Positions 1 through 10,400 of a stretch of 64,000 bases of DNA are shown piece by piece (positions within the stretch are counted from its first letter, which is position 1; each line of letters opens with the position of its first letter). Under the pieces are notes generated by a model, which did no database searches, was not told where the DNA came from, and saw only the letters and a program-made list of their open reading frames with translations. Made by a program: the position numbers and the translations under genes. Source of the stretch: a virus (taxonomy: Duplodnaviria > Caudoviricetes); IMG/VR virus record IMGVR_UViG_3300035498_000371, positions 160,001 through 224,000 of that record; one strand, written 5' to 3'.

Positions 1-882
1 AATTCTCTGACTAAGTCTGATAAAGAGATGGTTAAGAAATATGAGAAAGAGATTCTTCGCAAGACAAATATCGGCAACCTTGAAGTTAAATGGCGCAAGG
101 TAAAAACAAGCCCTATTGAATATATCTCAACAGATGAAGTTAAAGGATTTGAGTCTCTGGAGAAAGAGGCAGCAAATTGGAAAGAGGAAGCTGACGAGAG
201 GTTTAAGTTCTACGCTGGCGTAGAGCCTTCAGAGTTCGAGCAGGAGAATATGGATACGTATTTCGATGATGAGGAAACTCTCCAGGTTAAAGAGATCAAC
301 GGCGGCATCCGTGGTATCTGCAGCTACTTATCAGCATTCGATAAGAAGATGTCTAACGTTACAAAATTCGTAAACAAGATCACTTCTAAGCTTACAAAGC
401 TGGTTAACGAGGCCAACAAAGCAGCTGACCAGAAAGCTAAGGATAAAGCAAGCGATGATGAGATCAAGACAGCTAACCATGTTTATGATATGGCTGTTGC
501 TTATCAGGACGTTACGCTTAAAGATTGCAGCGTAACAATGGATGCTATTAAGATCGAGTACAAGCAGAACAAAGCTGCTTTCATGAAAGCTATTGCAGCT
601 AATGACAAGAAGCTTGAGGAGTCTGCAGTTCTTCTGAATGCTATTGCTGAGGAAGCAGAGCAGGAAGTTGAGGATGTTATTAGTGGTTCTATCAATGACG
701 TTGATTTAACCAATACAAATAACGCTTCTACTAATGTTCTTGATCCTGGCGTATCTAGCGATCCTGATGAGCTTGTATATGCAGATGATCCGGATTATAC
801 TGAAGCAGATACTGCAGGCACTGTAGATACCAACGTAAACAGCAGAGAAGAGTCCGCATTCTTCGGCAAGATGCTGTACTAA
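1..882 (+). CDS. Virion internal head protein paralog (5'-truncated by the window)
   Basis: Frame is open from base 1. SDKEMVKKYEKEILRK matches SDKDFVKKYEKDILRK in the next gene. Contains LEES/REES Glu-type processing-like sites. Confidence 0.6.
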   Translation, partial: NSLTKSDKEMVKKYEKEILRKTNIGNLEVKWRKVKTSPIEYISTDEVKGFESLEKEAANWKEEADERFKFYAGVEPSEFEQENMDTYFDDEETLQVKEINGGIRGICSYLSAFDKKMSNVTKFVNKITSKLTKLVNEANKAADQKAKDKASDDEIKTANHVYDMAVAYQDVTLKDCSVTMDAIKIEYKQNKAAFMKAIAANDKKLEESAVLLNAIAEEAEQEVEDVISGSINDVDLTNTNNASTNVLDPGVSSDPDELVYADDPDYTEADTAGTVDTNVNSREESAFFGKMLY

Positions 883-902
883 TTATAAGGAGGTAAAGAA
901 CT

Positions 903-1940
903 ATGATTTTCGATGCAAACGGAAATGTAGGAGGCAGCTATGGAGCTGTTAATGAAAGCCCATATGAGCTTGGCCTCAGCGGTGCTCTGATGCATGTATA
1001 TGAAACAGAGTGCAATTACAATGCAATGATGAAGGCAGTTGGTCTGTCTGAATTGAAATATTACCAGGAAACCGGCAAAGATCTGTTCTTGAATGAGGCA
1101 GGCGCATTCGGTGGATTCATTGAGAAGGCTAAAGCACTTTTCAAGAAGATCATCGAGAAGATCAAAGCTATCTTCAAGAAGTTCATGGCTAAAGTAAACT
1201 CTTATACGGCATCTGATAAGGATTTCGTTAAGAAGTATGAGAAAGATATTCTTCGTAAAGATATCTCTGATATGGAGTTTACTGGCTATGAAGGATTAAA
1301 GAACGGCTATGTTGATCCGAAGCTAACCTATACCAAGGCAGATGATATTACAAAGAAAACTGTTTCTTTCGATTCTACAGGAGCAACAACGGCTGCTGAT
1401 TCTGATGCTTTGGCTGATCAGATCGAGGCAAACAGAGGTACAATTATCGGCGGTTCTTCTATGACAGAAGCAGAGTTCCGTGATGAGCTTCATGAGAAGT
1501 TGTATGGAGATAAGAGCACATTCGACGTTGATTCCGGTATGGTGCGTACAGCACTTTCTACTATCAAGGATACTTCCAAGACAGTAAAGGATATCGAGAA
1601 AGAGCAGAAAGCTATCGTTACAGCTATTGATAAATATATCAAAGCTCTTGATAAGTGCGCTAATGACTTCAACAAGGAGTTCAACAAAGACGTTAAGTCT
1701 AAGAGTGATGATGAGATTAAGGGTGCTAATAATGGTACTCAGCTCATCAACAATGCGATCGCTGAGCAGAAAGCATTCTCTAACGATATGACTGTTGCTT
1801 TCGGTATGATGTCTCAGGCAGCTAAAGATGCTAACCGTCAGGCTAAGGCTCTTTGCGTTAAGGTTCTTTCTTACAATAAGAAGGAGTCTGCAAGACTGGA
1901 AAGCGGTAGCGATATCTTCAGTAATGTAACATTCGCTTAA
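903..1940 (+). CDS. Virion internal head protein paralog
   Basis: AGGAGG SD. VNES/LNEA sites are followed by the amphipathic helix FIEKAKALFKKIIEKIKAIFKKF, typical of jumbo-phage inner head proteins. Confidence 0.65.
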   Translation: MIFDANGNVGGSYGAVNESPYELGLSGALMHVYETECNYNAMMKAVGLSELKYYQETGKDLFLNEAGAFGGFIEKAKALFKKIIEKIKAIFKKFMAKVNSYTASDKDFVKKYEKDILRKDISDMEFTGYEGLKNGYVDPKLTYTKADDITKKTVSFDSTGATTAADSDALADQIEANRGTIIGGSSMTEAEFRDELHEKLYGDKSTFDVDSGMVRTALSTIKDTSKTVKDIEKEQKAIVTAIDKYIKALDKCANDFNKEFNKDVKSKSDDEIKGANNGTQLINNAIAEQKAFSNDMTVAFGMMSQAAKDANRQAKALCVKVLSYNKKESARLESGSDIFSNVTFA

Positions 1941-1984
1941 TCACAGCAGAGTGTAGGTTGAAATAAAATCATGTATGAAGAAGT

Positions 1985-2019
1985 GTGGAGTGGAGGTTTC
2001 TCCACTCCGCGTTTCTTTT
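1985..2019 (+). terminator. Rho-independent terminator
   Basis: GTGGAGTGGAG-GTTT-CTCCACTCCGC followed by a T-rich tract. Confidence 0.8.
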
Positions 2020-2054
2020 GATTATTATATTTTATGAAAGGGAATGGTATTTAT

Positions 2055-3341
2055 ATGATCTTTAATAGTGGAAAATCGTCAGTAAAAGCTTTAAACGAAG
2101 TATATTTCGGAAAGACTAAAGATATACAGAAGATTGAAGATCAATTAGATAAAGTGAGACAGAAATATATGGGTAAGATAAACCCATTTAAAGTAAACTC
2201 AGATCCAGATGTTTTAGAATTAAATAGATTATTTGAGAAACAGTTTGGATTTGGTACTTTCTGTCTTACTATAATCTCAAGCCCTCAGATTAATGCTTTT
2301 ACAATTCCAATAAGTTACAGATTTGATGTAAGCACTGGAGATAAGGGCGGTAAACTGATGGCTGATACATCAACGTTTAAGTTTAATCCTGCGTATGATT
2401 ATGCTTGCACTTTAACAATCTATACAGGATTATTATTCAATCCTAATTTTACTACAGAAGAAATCATGGCTTGTATATTACATGAGATTGGTCATAATTT
2501 TTATTCTACGTTATATCAAAAGAATGGAGTAATGATTAACATCTATAAAGTATTTGCTTTTATAGAGTATTTAATAAATGGTAATATTGTAGGAATGATT
2601 TCTGGTACAAACTGTTTCGTTGATATACAGAATAAGATTAGGAATGCAATCAATACAAATCCTGTAGCAAGTGATATTGCTGGAGTAATGAAATATATTG
2701 GAGGTATTTTCAATATATTTATCTCTGGAGTTGGATTCATCGCTAAATTACTCTCATTCAATCTGCTTTATTATGTATCTCTTTTAGGCGGTAATAAGAA
2801 AATGCTTAATCCAATGACTTATGTTATACTACCATTGAGATATAGAGATGAGAGAACAGCAGATAACTTCCCTACAATGTATGGATATGGATCAGCGTTA
2901 GCTTCATTAACAAGAAAGTTTGATGAGGCTGGTAATAATACTTCTAAAGTTGTTAATGCTTTAGAAACAGTTCCTGTAATATCTACATTGTATAATATGG
3001 TTCCATTGCCATATATGATTCTTGTTACAGCATTAGATGAGCACCCTACAGGAATTAGTCGTGCCCAAGATCAGTTAACAATGCTTAACGTTGAGTTGGC
3101 TAAATCTGATTTAGATCCTAAAATGAAGAAGTGTATTGAGTCTGATATTAAAGCAATCAATATAGAAATGAATAAATCAATAGATTCTACTAAGGGATTA
3201 TCCGATCCAAACTTAGCTAGGCATCTTTATAACAGAACGCTTTATGAGCTTACGGGAAGCGAAGCTATTAAAGATAAACTTCTTGATGATAAAGTCAAAT
3301 ATGAAGAGTATGATAAAACGTTCTATAGAAATCTGAAATGA
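2055..3341 (+). CDS. Zinc metalloprotease (HEXXH), probably virion-associated
   Basis: INAF motif, ILHEIGH, a downstream ERTADNF, and DEHP...SR give an M48-like layout. Start placed at MIFNS after an SD-like AAAGGGA. Confidence 0.7.
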   Translation: MIFNSGKSSVKALNEVYFGKTKDIQKIEDQLDKVRQKYMGKINPFKVNSDPDVLELNRLFEKQFGFGTFCLTIISSPQINAFTIPISYRFDVSTGDKGGKLMADTSTFKFNPAYDYACTLTIYTGLLFNPNFTTEEIMACILHEIGHNFYSTLYQKNGVMINIYKVFAFIEYLINGNIVGMISGTNCFVDIQNKIRNAINTNPVASDIAGVMKYIGGIFNIFISGVGFIAKLLSFNLLYYVSLLGGNKKMLNPMTYVILPLRYRDERTADNFPTMYGYGSALASLTRKFDEAGNNTSKVVNALETVPVISTLYNMVPLPYMILVTALDEHPTGISRAQDQLTMLNVELAKSDLDPKMKKCIESDIKAINIEMNKSIDSTKGLSDPNLARHLYNRTLYELTGSEAIKDKLLDDKVKYEEYDKTFYRNLK

Positions 3342-3353
3342 TTTAAATCTTAA

Positions 3354-3366
3354 GACATGTAAATAA
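3354..3366 (+). promoter_or_regulatory. Phage promoter ACA-N6-TAA (one of about 19 copies)
   Basis: GACA-TGTAAA-TAA just upstream of the SD of 3393. Confidence 0.7.
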
Positions 3367-3392
3367 ATTATATATGAAGGAGGCATAATAAT

Positions 3393-4532
3393 ATGGATGT
3401 ATGTGGATATACTCCAACAAATACATTAGCAAACGCTACGTTTGATATGCTTAAAATGGATGCTGTAGAAGATCCATTAATCAATGTCAATAAGCTTGCT
3501 ACAATGGATTTTGAGGAGTCATACTTTCTATCAGCTGTAGAATTTGTTAATGAGTGCATGAATGATTATACCACATCCAAGATGGTATTATACAGAAAAA
3601 TATCTGAGAGCACTACTGAAGGAATGGTTCTTGAATCATTCTCTGATTTCTTTACATCTGTAAAGAATATCATTGATAAATTCTTAAAATTTATTAAATC
3701 ATTATTCGAGAGATTCTTAACTACACTGAACAGTCTGGTTAACAGTGATAAGTACCTCAATAAGCATAAGAAAGATCTTGATAATTTCAAGAGTACAGAC
3801 AACTTCACAATGAAGGGATATAAATATACCTTCCAGGATAATATCCCTAGCCCATCTACAGGATTAGAATTCTCTAAAGAATTACTTAGTGGATTATATG
3901 CTAGCTCAGATAAGGGCTATCTTACAGTAGAGGATGTTAAAACCGCTATTGCTAATCTTAATCTTGATGCTGAGTATGATGCTTTCAGAGCTACAGTAAT
4001 CGGTAGAGATGGAGAAACTATTTCTGTAAGTGATTTCTCTGAAGAATTATTCAGAGTATTCAGAAATGATGAGCTTGATACAGAAGATATTGAAGTTGAT
4101 GCTTCTTATGTTCGTCAGGCTAAGGCTCGTTTCTTTGATTATAGCAAGACTAAATCTGCTGTAGAACGTCAGCGTAAAGCAGTAGAGGATAATTATAAAA
4201 AACTAGAGAAACAGGTTAAGGAGATTAGTACCGTTAACGGTAATCTCAATCCTTCAGCATTTATTGAAAGATTGCCTGACTCTACTGGAGCCAATCAGGT
4301 TGATTCTAAATCAATTACAACAAGTGGTTTCTTGAGTGCAGAATTTATGACTCAGGTTGATATTTACGTAAAGAGTAAAGTTGATCAAATTCAGGAATAC
4401 TCTAATATTCATGCTTTAGCATATTCTGCTAAGCTTGATGCAATAAAAGAATCATACAAACAAGATAAAGCAACTCTGTATACTGCATTATCTAAGATTC
4501 AGCGTACAGATAATGCTAGAAAGGAGGCTTAA
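3393..4532 (+). CDS. Virion internal head protein paralog
   Basis: VLES followed by amphipathic helix FFTSVKNIIDKFLKFIKSLF, then SDKYLNKHKKDL; same layout as neighbours. Confidence 0.6.
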   Translation: MDVCGYTPTNTLANATFDMLKMDAVEDPLINVNKLATMDFEESYFLSAVEFVNECMNDYTTSKMVLYRKISESTTEGMVLESFSDFFTSVKNIIDKFLKFIKSLFERFLTTLNSLVNSDKYLNKHKKDLDNFKSTDNFTMKGYKYTFQDNIPSPSTGLEFSKELLSGLYASSDKGYLTVEDVKTAIANLNLDAEYDAFRATVIGRDGETISVSDFSEELFRVFRNDELDTEDIEVDASYVRQAKARFFDYSKTKSAVERQRKAVEDNYKKLEKQVKEISTVNGNLNPSAFIERLPDSTGANQVDSKSITTSGFLSAEFMTQVDIYVKSKVDQIQEYSNIHALAYSAKLDAIKESYKQDKATLYTALSKIQRTDNARKEA

Positions 4533-4537
4533 GAATT

Positions 4538-5995
4538 ATGGTTTTTAATAACAATCCAGATACAATTAATAACAATGGTTTACTTGAGTCTCTTGATATG
4601 GGAAACTCAGTGTACTGTGCAGGTAATACTGCTCATAATTATATTTATGAAGGAGCTTATGAAAGTTATATCCAGAATAAGATTAGTAATGAGCAGAGAT
4701 TAGCAGCAATGATAGATTCTAGAATTTCTACTAAAATCGAGTCCGCCATCGTCCTTGAAGCGAAGGCTGGAGATAAGCTAAAATCGAAATGGAATAAATT
4801 AGTAGAGTTCATCAAGGGTATATGTGCTAAGTTCATGGAAACTATGAGCAACGTACTATTGGATCAGAAAGATTACTTAGAGAAATATAAGGATATTATC
4901 CTTAAGAAGAAACCTAAGGAAGATCTTAAATACTCATACACTGGAGATTATGAGTTAGGTATTCAGCGTCTTATTAAGATCGAGTGTCCTATATTCAATT
5001 ACGCTAATCATAGTGCAGAGCTTAAGCAGGAAGGTGATGGAGCTATCACAACAAAGGTAATGAAAGGTGCTGGAGCGTCTGACTTTACATTTGATGATGG
5101 TGAAACACTTGCTGAGCAGCTAAAGGCATACTTTACTGCTAGTGATAAAGGGCAATCTGAAGGTACATTTTCTAACCTTAATATGACTGATATCTATAAC
5201 TTCTGCTATAATTTCGATCAGATTAAGAAGATCGTAGATAAAGATCAGAAACATCTTGAGCAGTCTACTGCCGCTATTGACGCTGCTATCAAAGAAGAGA
5301 TTCGTAAGAGTGGAGAGAATACTAATACGAATCAGACTGATAATGCTCAACAGCAGACTCAGTCTACTGGAGACAGTGGTGGTGAAAAGAAGGGCGAAGA
5401 AGCAACAGGAGAAAGCTATTCATTGCTGCCAAGAAATAGACGTTCGGTATTAGAGGCTGATGATGCTAATAATACCAATGGCGGTGGCAATGATAATAAA
5501 TCTCAGGGTCTTAAGATTACCGATACTGGCACTACAAAGAACAGTAACGCTGTATCTCAGATGAGCTCTTATGGTAATGATGGTAATAAGAAGAATATTA
5601 CTGACGACGAGGCTAAGAAGAATGCTGATGGTGGCGCTGCTGGTGCAATGCAGGACGCTAACGGTGATCAGAGCGAGGCTATTAATTCTGTTACTAAAAT
5701 GACAGATAAATGGATTAAAGTTTGTAGAGCATTAATCACTTCTAAGCTTACAGCATGTGAGCAGATTTCAAGAGATTATATGGAAATTATAAGAGCGCAT
5801 GTACGTTCTTATGGCGGAAAAGATCTTAAGAATAAAGAAACAGATAAAGCTACACAGACTGCAACCAATTATCGTAAACCATCTAATAATGGTGGTAATG
5901 CTGAGAATAATAATCAGAATACCAACACTAATCAGAATACTAATAATAATCAGGACCAGAACACTAGTGCTGGTGGCAAAAAAAGCAGTCAGTAG
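4538..5995 (+). CDS. Virion internal head protein paralog with N/Q/T-rich linkers
   Basis: VLEA plus amphipathic helix plus DQKDYLEKYKDII; several xxE(S/A) sites. Confidence 0.6.
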   Translation: MVFNNNPDTINNNGLLESLDMGNSVYCAGNTAHNYIYEGAYESYIQNKISNEQRLAAMIDSRISTKIESAIVLEAKAGDKLKSKWNKLVEFIKGICAKFMETMSNVLLDQKDYLEKYKDIILKKKPKEDLKYSYTGDYELGIQRLIKIECPIFNYANHSAELKQEGDGAITTKVMKGAGASDFTFDDGETLAEQLKAYFTASDKGQSEGTFSNLNMTDIYNFCYNFDQIKKIVDKDQKHLEQSTAAIDAAIKEEIRKSGENTNTNQTDNAQQQTQSTGDSGGEKKGEEATGESYSLLPRNRRSVLEADDANNTNGGGNDNKSQGLKITDTGTTKNSNAVSQMSSYGNDGNKKNITDDEAKKNADGGAAGAMQDANGDQSEAINSVTKMTDKWIKVCRALITSKLTACEQISRDYMEIIRAHVRSYGGKDLKNKETDKATQTATNYRKPSNNGGNAENNNQNTNTNQNTNNNQDQNTSAGGKKSSQ

Positions 5996-6088
5996 AAAAG
6001 AAAAAATCAACCGGCAACACCGCGATGGACAGATTAGCAAAACAGTATCGTACAAAATAACAATCAGAAAAATAATAGCAATAAGCAT

Positions 6089-6114
6089 CCCCTCTAGGAA
6101 TTATCCTAGAGGGG
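6089..6114. terminator. Bidirectional terminator between convergent genes
   Basis: CCCCTCTAGG-AATTAT-CCTAGAGGGG. Confidence 0.75.
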
Positions 6115-6120
6115 TATCTT

Positions 6121-7320
6121 TTATCCGATTTTTCTTAGGTTAATTCCACTTGTTAGGATGAATGTTTCGTCTTCTCTTGTGTATACTTCACGCTTTCTAT
6201 ATAATAAGTAATCACCATTATGCTCTTTATATCTATCAATATGATTAACAGAAATTCTTTTATTAATACTAAAAATATTAGTATCTAATCCATTCTTGCC
6301 GATATATACGAATATATTATTATTATTATTATCAGCTTCAATATTCTTAAGCATATTAGTATTATCATTATTAAGTCGTGTTGTATTGGTCTTTTCAGTT
6401 AAATAAGAATTCTGATTTGATAATTCTGCTTTACTCATTCCTGAAGAACTTACAGCCTGGATAGATGATTGAGATTTATTAGCGATAGTATTGTCAAATA
6501 CTTGGGCTTCGGAATAACTAATTGGTATCTCATATACAGCACTGGATGGATTATCTATAAATCCAATATCATAAGCATCATTATCCGTAATTTCTTTAAT
6601 ATTAATAACTACAGAACTATATTTATCTGATGCCGATTGTACCGGTTTGCCACTAGAGCTAATTAAGTAAGTGTAATTGAAATCCTGATAGAATCTATAC
6701 GGCGTGTCATATAGAACTCTATAATCGTTAAGCGATTGAAGAGTTTTATTGATAGAATCTTTAACTGGAAGTAAGAATTGAGTAAATTTCTCACTATTAG
6801 GAATTGGTTCCAATATTAATGGATTAAAATCAGACATTATTGTCTTTACAATCTCTGGCATTGTTACGTTCTTAAGATTAAGCTCTACGGAATTTTTATT
6901 GTTGTTTATATGGTCTAAACAAAGAAGGCCTATAGTAATTGATACATAAGTATTTTCTTTATTCTCTTCCTCTGTAGCATCATTATAATCTATTGTATCA
7001 TTCTGATTAACATCATTAGTCATAAAGTATGTAAACTTCTTCCTGAAACAATTAATCTCCTCTTTAGAATCTGTAAGATCATCATATTTATTTAATGCCA
7101 AAGTGAATAAATTATCATTACAGTTCTTTACCATATGATCTGCTAATGATTTATCTATTTTAAGAGTTAAATACAGTTTAGGCATTACAAGATTATCGTA
7201 ATCATAATCTATGATTAACGATTTAATACATTCATTTTTAATCTTGGTTCCAACACCATCTACGATATTGAGGTATATAAGCTCAATTGTGTATCTATAA
7301 TTAATAATTCTAGTAGCCAT
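6121..7320 (-). CDS. Hypothetical protein, possibly tail/baseplate hub-like structural protein
   Basis: 399-aa ORF with SD and an ACA-N6-TAA promoter (7347-7359, minus). Function inferred only from context and beta-rich pattern. Confidence 0.4.
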   Translation of the reverse strand: MATRIINYRYTIELIYLNIVDGVGTKIKNECIKSLIIDYDYDNLVMPKLYLTLKIDKSLADHMVKNCNDNLFTLALNKYDDLTDSKEEINCFRKKFTYFMTNDVNQNDTIDYNDATEEENKENTYVSITIGLLCLDHINNNKNSVELNLKNVTMPEIVKTIMSDFNPLILEPIPNSEKFTQFLLPVKDSINKTLQSLNDYRVLYDTPYRFYQDFNYTYLISSSGKPVQSASDKYSSVVINIKEITDNDAYDIGFIDNPSSAVYEIPISYSEAQVFDNTIANKSQSSIQAVSSSGMSKAELSNQNSYLTEKTNTTRLNNDNTNMLKNIEADNNNNNIFVYIGKNGLDTNIFSINKRISVNHIDRYKEHNGDYLLYRKREVYTREDETFILTSGINLRKIG

Positions 7321-7424
7321 AATATAACCATTCCTTTCTATTAAATTTACTTGAATGTGGTCAAAATACTTGTTTAACCTTAAAGATGAAACACAATATT
7401 AATATTCGAAAGGAGGCTGATAAT

Positions 7425-10400
7425 ATGCTTTATTTAGAAGACTTGAAGTATATGAAGCTCTACAAAAAGAAGTTTTATGCTCCAATAAATAAGAAGAATA
7501 AGAAGACCGGCTCAGCAATATTATTGCTGACGCCTAATTATGATGCTTCTAAGTTTCTTATGAATAATCCATTCATGATAAACCGTAACGCATTTATATC
7601 ATACTATATTGAAAAGGATATAACGTATACTATAAATCATGAGTCTAAATATCTTGAGATATCTTATCATGATGCTGATACCATAGCACTTAATGAGCAA
7701 GCTGTTTATACAGAATCTACAGATGTTCAAGTTATATCTGAAATGGAAGAAGATTATACTATCAATGAATTGTATTGCAAGCTTGGAGATTCTATGATAT
7801 TCTTCAATGAGTTATATGACGAAACCATTCTTAATGAGAAAGGTGCTTATGCAGAGAAGTACCGTAAGCTGTTATATTACGATCGTATAAGAAATAATCG
7901 TGATGTATTACAGCTCTATAAGAAGATTAAAGAAGATAATCCATGGATAAAGAAAACTTTTATTGATTATAAGAGATATAAGTCTTTCAATCTATTCATA
8001 GATCTTTATTATTACAATCAGATATACCTAGCTAATAACAATTACACTATAATTAAATCAATAGATATGTATTTGGAATTCATTCGTAGATTCCTTACAG
8101 ATAAGAGGATAGATACCGCTGGGTATACGAAGAAGACTATATTCATTCCAGTGAACTTCTGGGGTAAGAAGCCTGGAACTATGGTTTACGATTATAAGAA
8201 TAATTTAAATCCCATATCAATAATCTATAAGAAGCTTAGACTATCTATAGAAGATCTTCATGCTCTTGATGGATTAGAAATGGTATTCTTTGGAAATAAT
8301 GGTTATTTCAAATTCAAGACAGATGATGTAACAAAACAAACTCATACTAAGTTCTTAAGATTCATTAAAGCTCTTGAGGATAATGAGACTATAGATGATT
8401 CAGATGAACCAGATAATTCTCCAGATGGAATTACTACTGAGATTATAGATAAGCTTGACACTAATCGAGGTATTAAAATTCATAATCTTACTGGAAATGC
8501 AGAATCTGAAGAAGAGCAGGAACAACTTAAAGCAGAATTAGTAAAGAGGATAAGCGATGCTTCTAAGACTGCTGCTAACGAAGATGATGTTCTTGATAAT
8601 CTGGAGAATGATGAGTTTGTAAAGAAAGTTATTTCTGACCTTGGAGATGATGCAGAGGATAATATAAAAATATCTGCTGCAAGAGCAACAAGAATTACTA
8701 AAGCTCAAGATAACTTCATGAAGAAGTCTATCAATAATAAATCAGTTAAAGATATGGTTAATGAGTCTAATAAACCAGAAGAATTACCAGAGACTGAATT
8801 ACCGATAGAGACTATAAACGAAGAGTGGAAGCATATGAAAGCTATAAACTTCGAGAAAGAATATGATCTTGACGCTGATATCATCAAGATTCTTAATAGC
8901 CTTAGCGATACCAATAAAGAATATCCAGTATCCATTCTTGATGTAAAGATGGAAGACACGTCTACATCTGAGGATAGTATTTATACTTACACTGTAAAAT
9001 GCGAGGACTATTCTGGTAAAAGATTTACTCTTAAATTTGATATTCCTAAATTTAGGGATAATAGATTTATGAGGCTACGTGGTAATGAGAAGATATTCTC
9101 TATAGAGATGCCTCTTATACCAATATCAAAGACTGATGAAGATACTGTACAGATTGTATCATTCTATAACAAGATCTTTATAGAAAGATATAATACATCT
9201 ACTGGCAAATCTAACCCTGATGCTGCAAGATTTATTAAAGCAATGAATAAATATTCTGGTTCGGATATTAAAGTCAGCGTCGGAGATAATACAAGAATCT
9301 GTAGCAAGTATGAACTACCAATAGATTATGTAGATTTAGCATCAATGTATTCTAAAATTGAATACTCTGCTAAAGGCGGTTTACTCAAAGATAGATTTAC
9401 AATATATTTCAACCAAGATGAATTGAGGAAAGATATTAAGAATCTCAATGAATCTGAAGGTTTGCCAGTTGGTTTGTATAACGATGGTAGAGTAATCTAT
9501 TATGTAGCTAACGAGGATAATACATTTGCTAGCTTCATTAGTGTATTGCTTGGAGATGATTTCTATGAATCATTCAGGTCTCAAGCTAAACCTAAGAAAT
9601 GTACTTACTCAAGAGCAAGTATATTAAATACCAATATCCCTGTAATTACTATACTAGCTCATGACCTTGGCTTAACCAAAGCTATGGATATTGCTGGTAT
9701 AGATTATGATATATCTGAGAAGAGGACGCCTAGAAGTGATGAAGATGATACAATAAAACTCGCTGATGGATTTATCCATTATAAATCAACTTACACTTCT
9801 ATGATGCTTATGAATGGTCTTAAGGATTGTAATATGGAAGACGTTCAAATAACCGAATTAAACTCTAAGATTACTTGGGTTAATATATTGGAGAATTTTG
9901 GTGGTAGAATCAAGTCTGATGGTTTAACAAACTTTAAAGATCTTATGTACGACCCAATTACAGTAGAAGTATCTAGAGATTATAAACTCCCAGATAATTA
10001 CCATGATGCTTTAGTATATGCATCAAATCTCTTAGTGGATAATAAGTTCACAACTCATACTGATATCAGTACTAATAGATATCGTACAAACGAAGTTGTT
10101 GCTGCGCAGTTCTATAGAGTTCTTTCTGATTCATATAAAGAATATGCTCTACAAAATAAGCATGGTCGTAAAGTACCGATGTCTATGAAGCAGTCTGCTG
10201 TAATTGATCTTATTCTTGCACAGAACACTACATCTGATTTATCTGTATTCCAACCATTATTGGAGATTGAAACAAAAAATACGATATCAACCAAGGGTGT
10301 TACTGGAATGAACTCAGAAAGAGCATATAAGATTGATAAGCGTGGTTATGATGATTCGATGGTTAATGTTATAGCTCAGGCTACAGGTTTTGCATCGACC

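Noticed and set aside
5880-5970. AAT/AAC-rich repeats as a second template repeat
   Set aside because: They are in-frame N/Q/T low-complexity coding sequence with no partner copy
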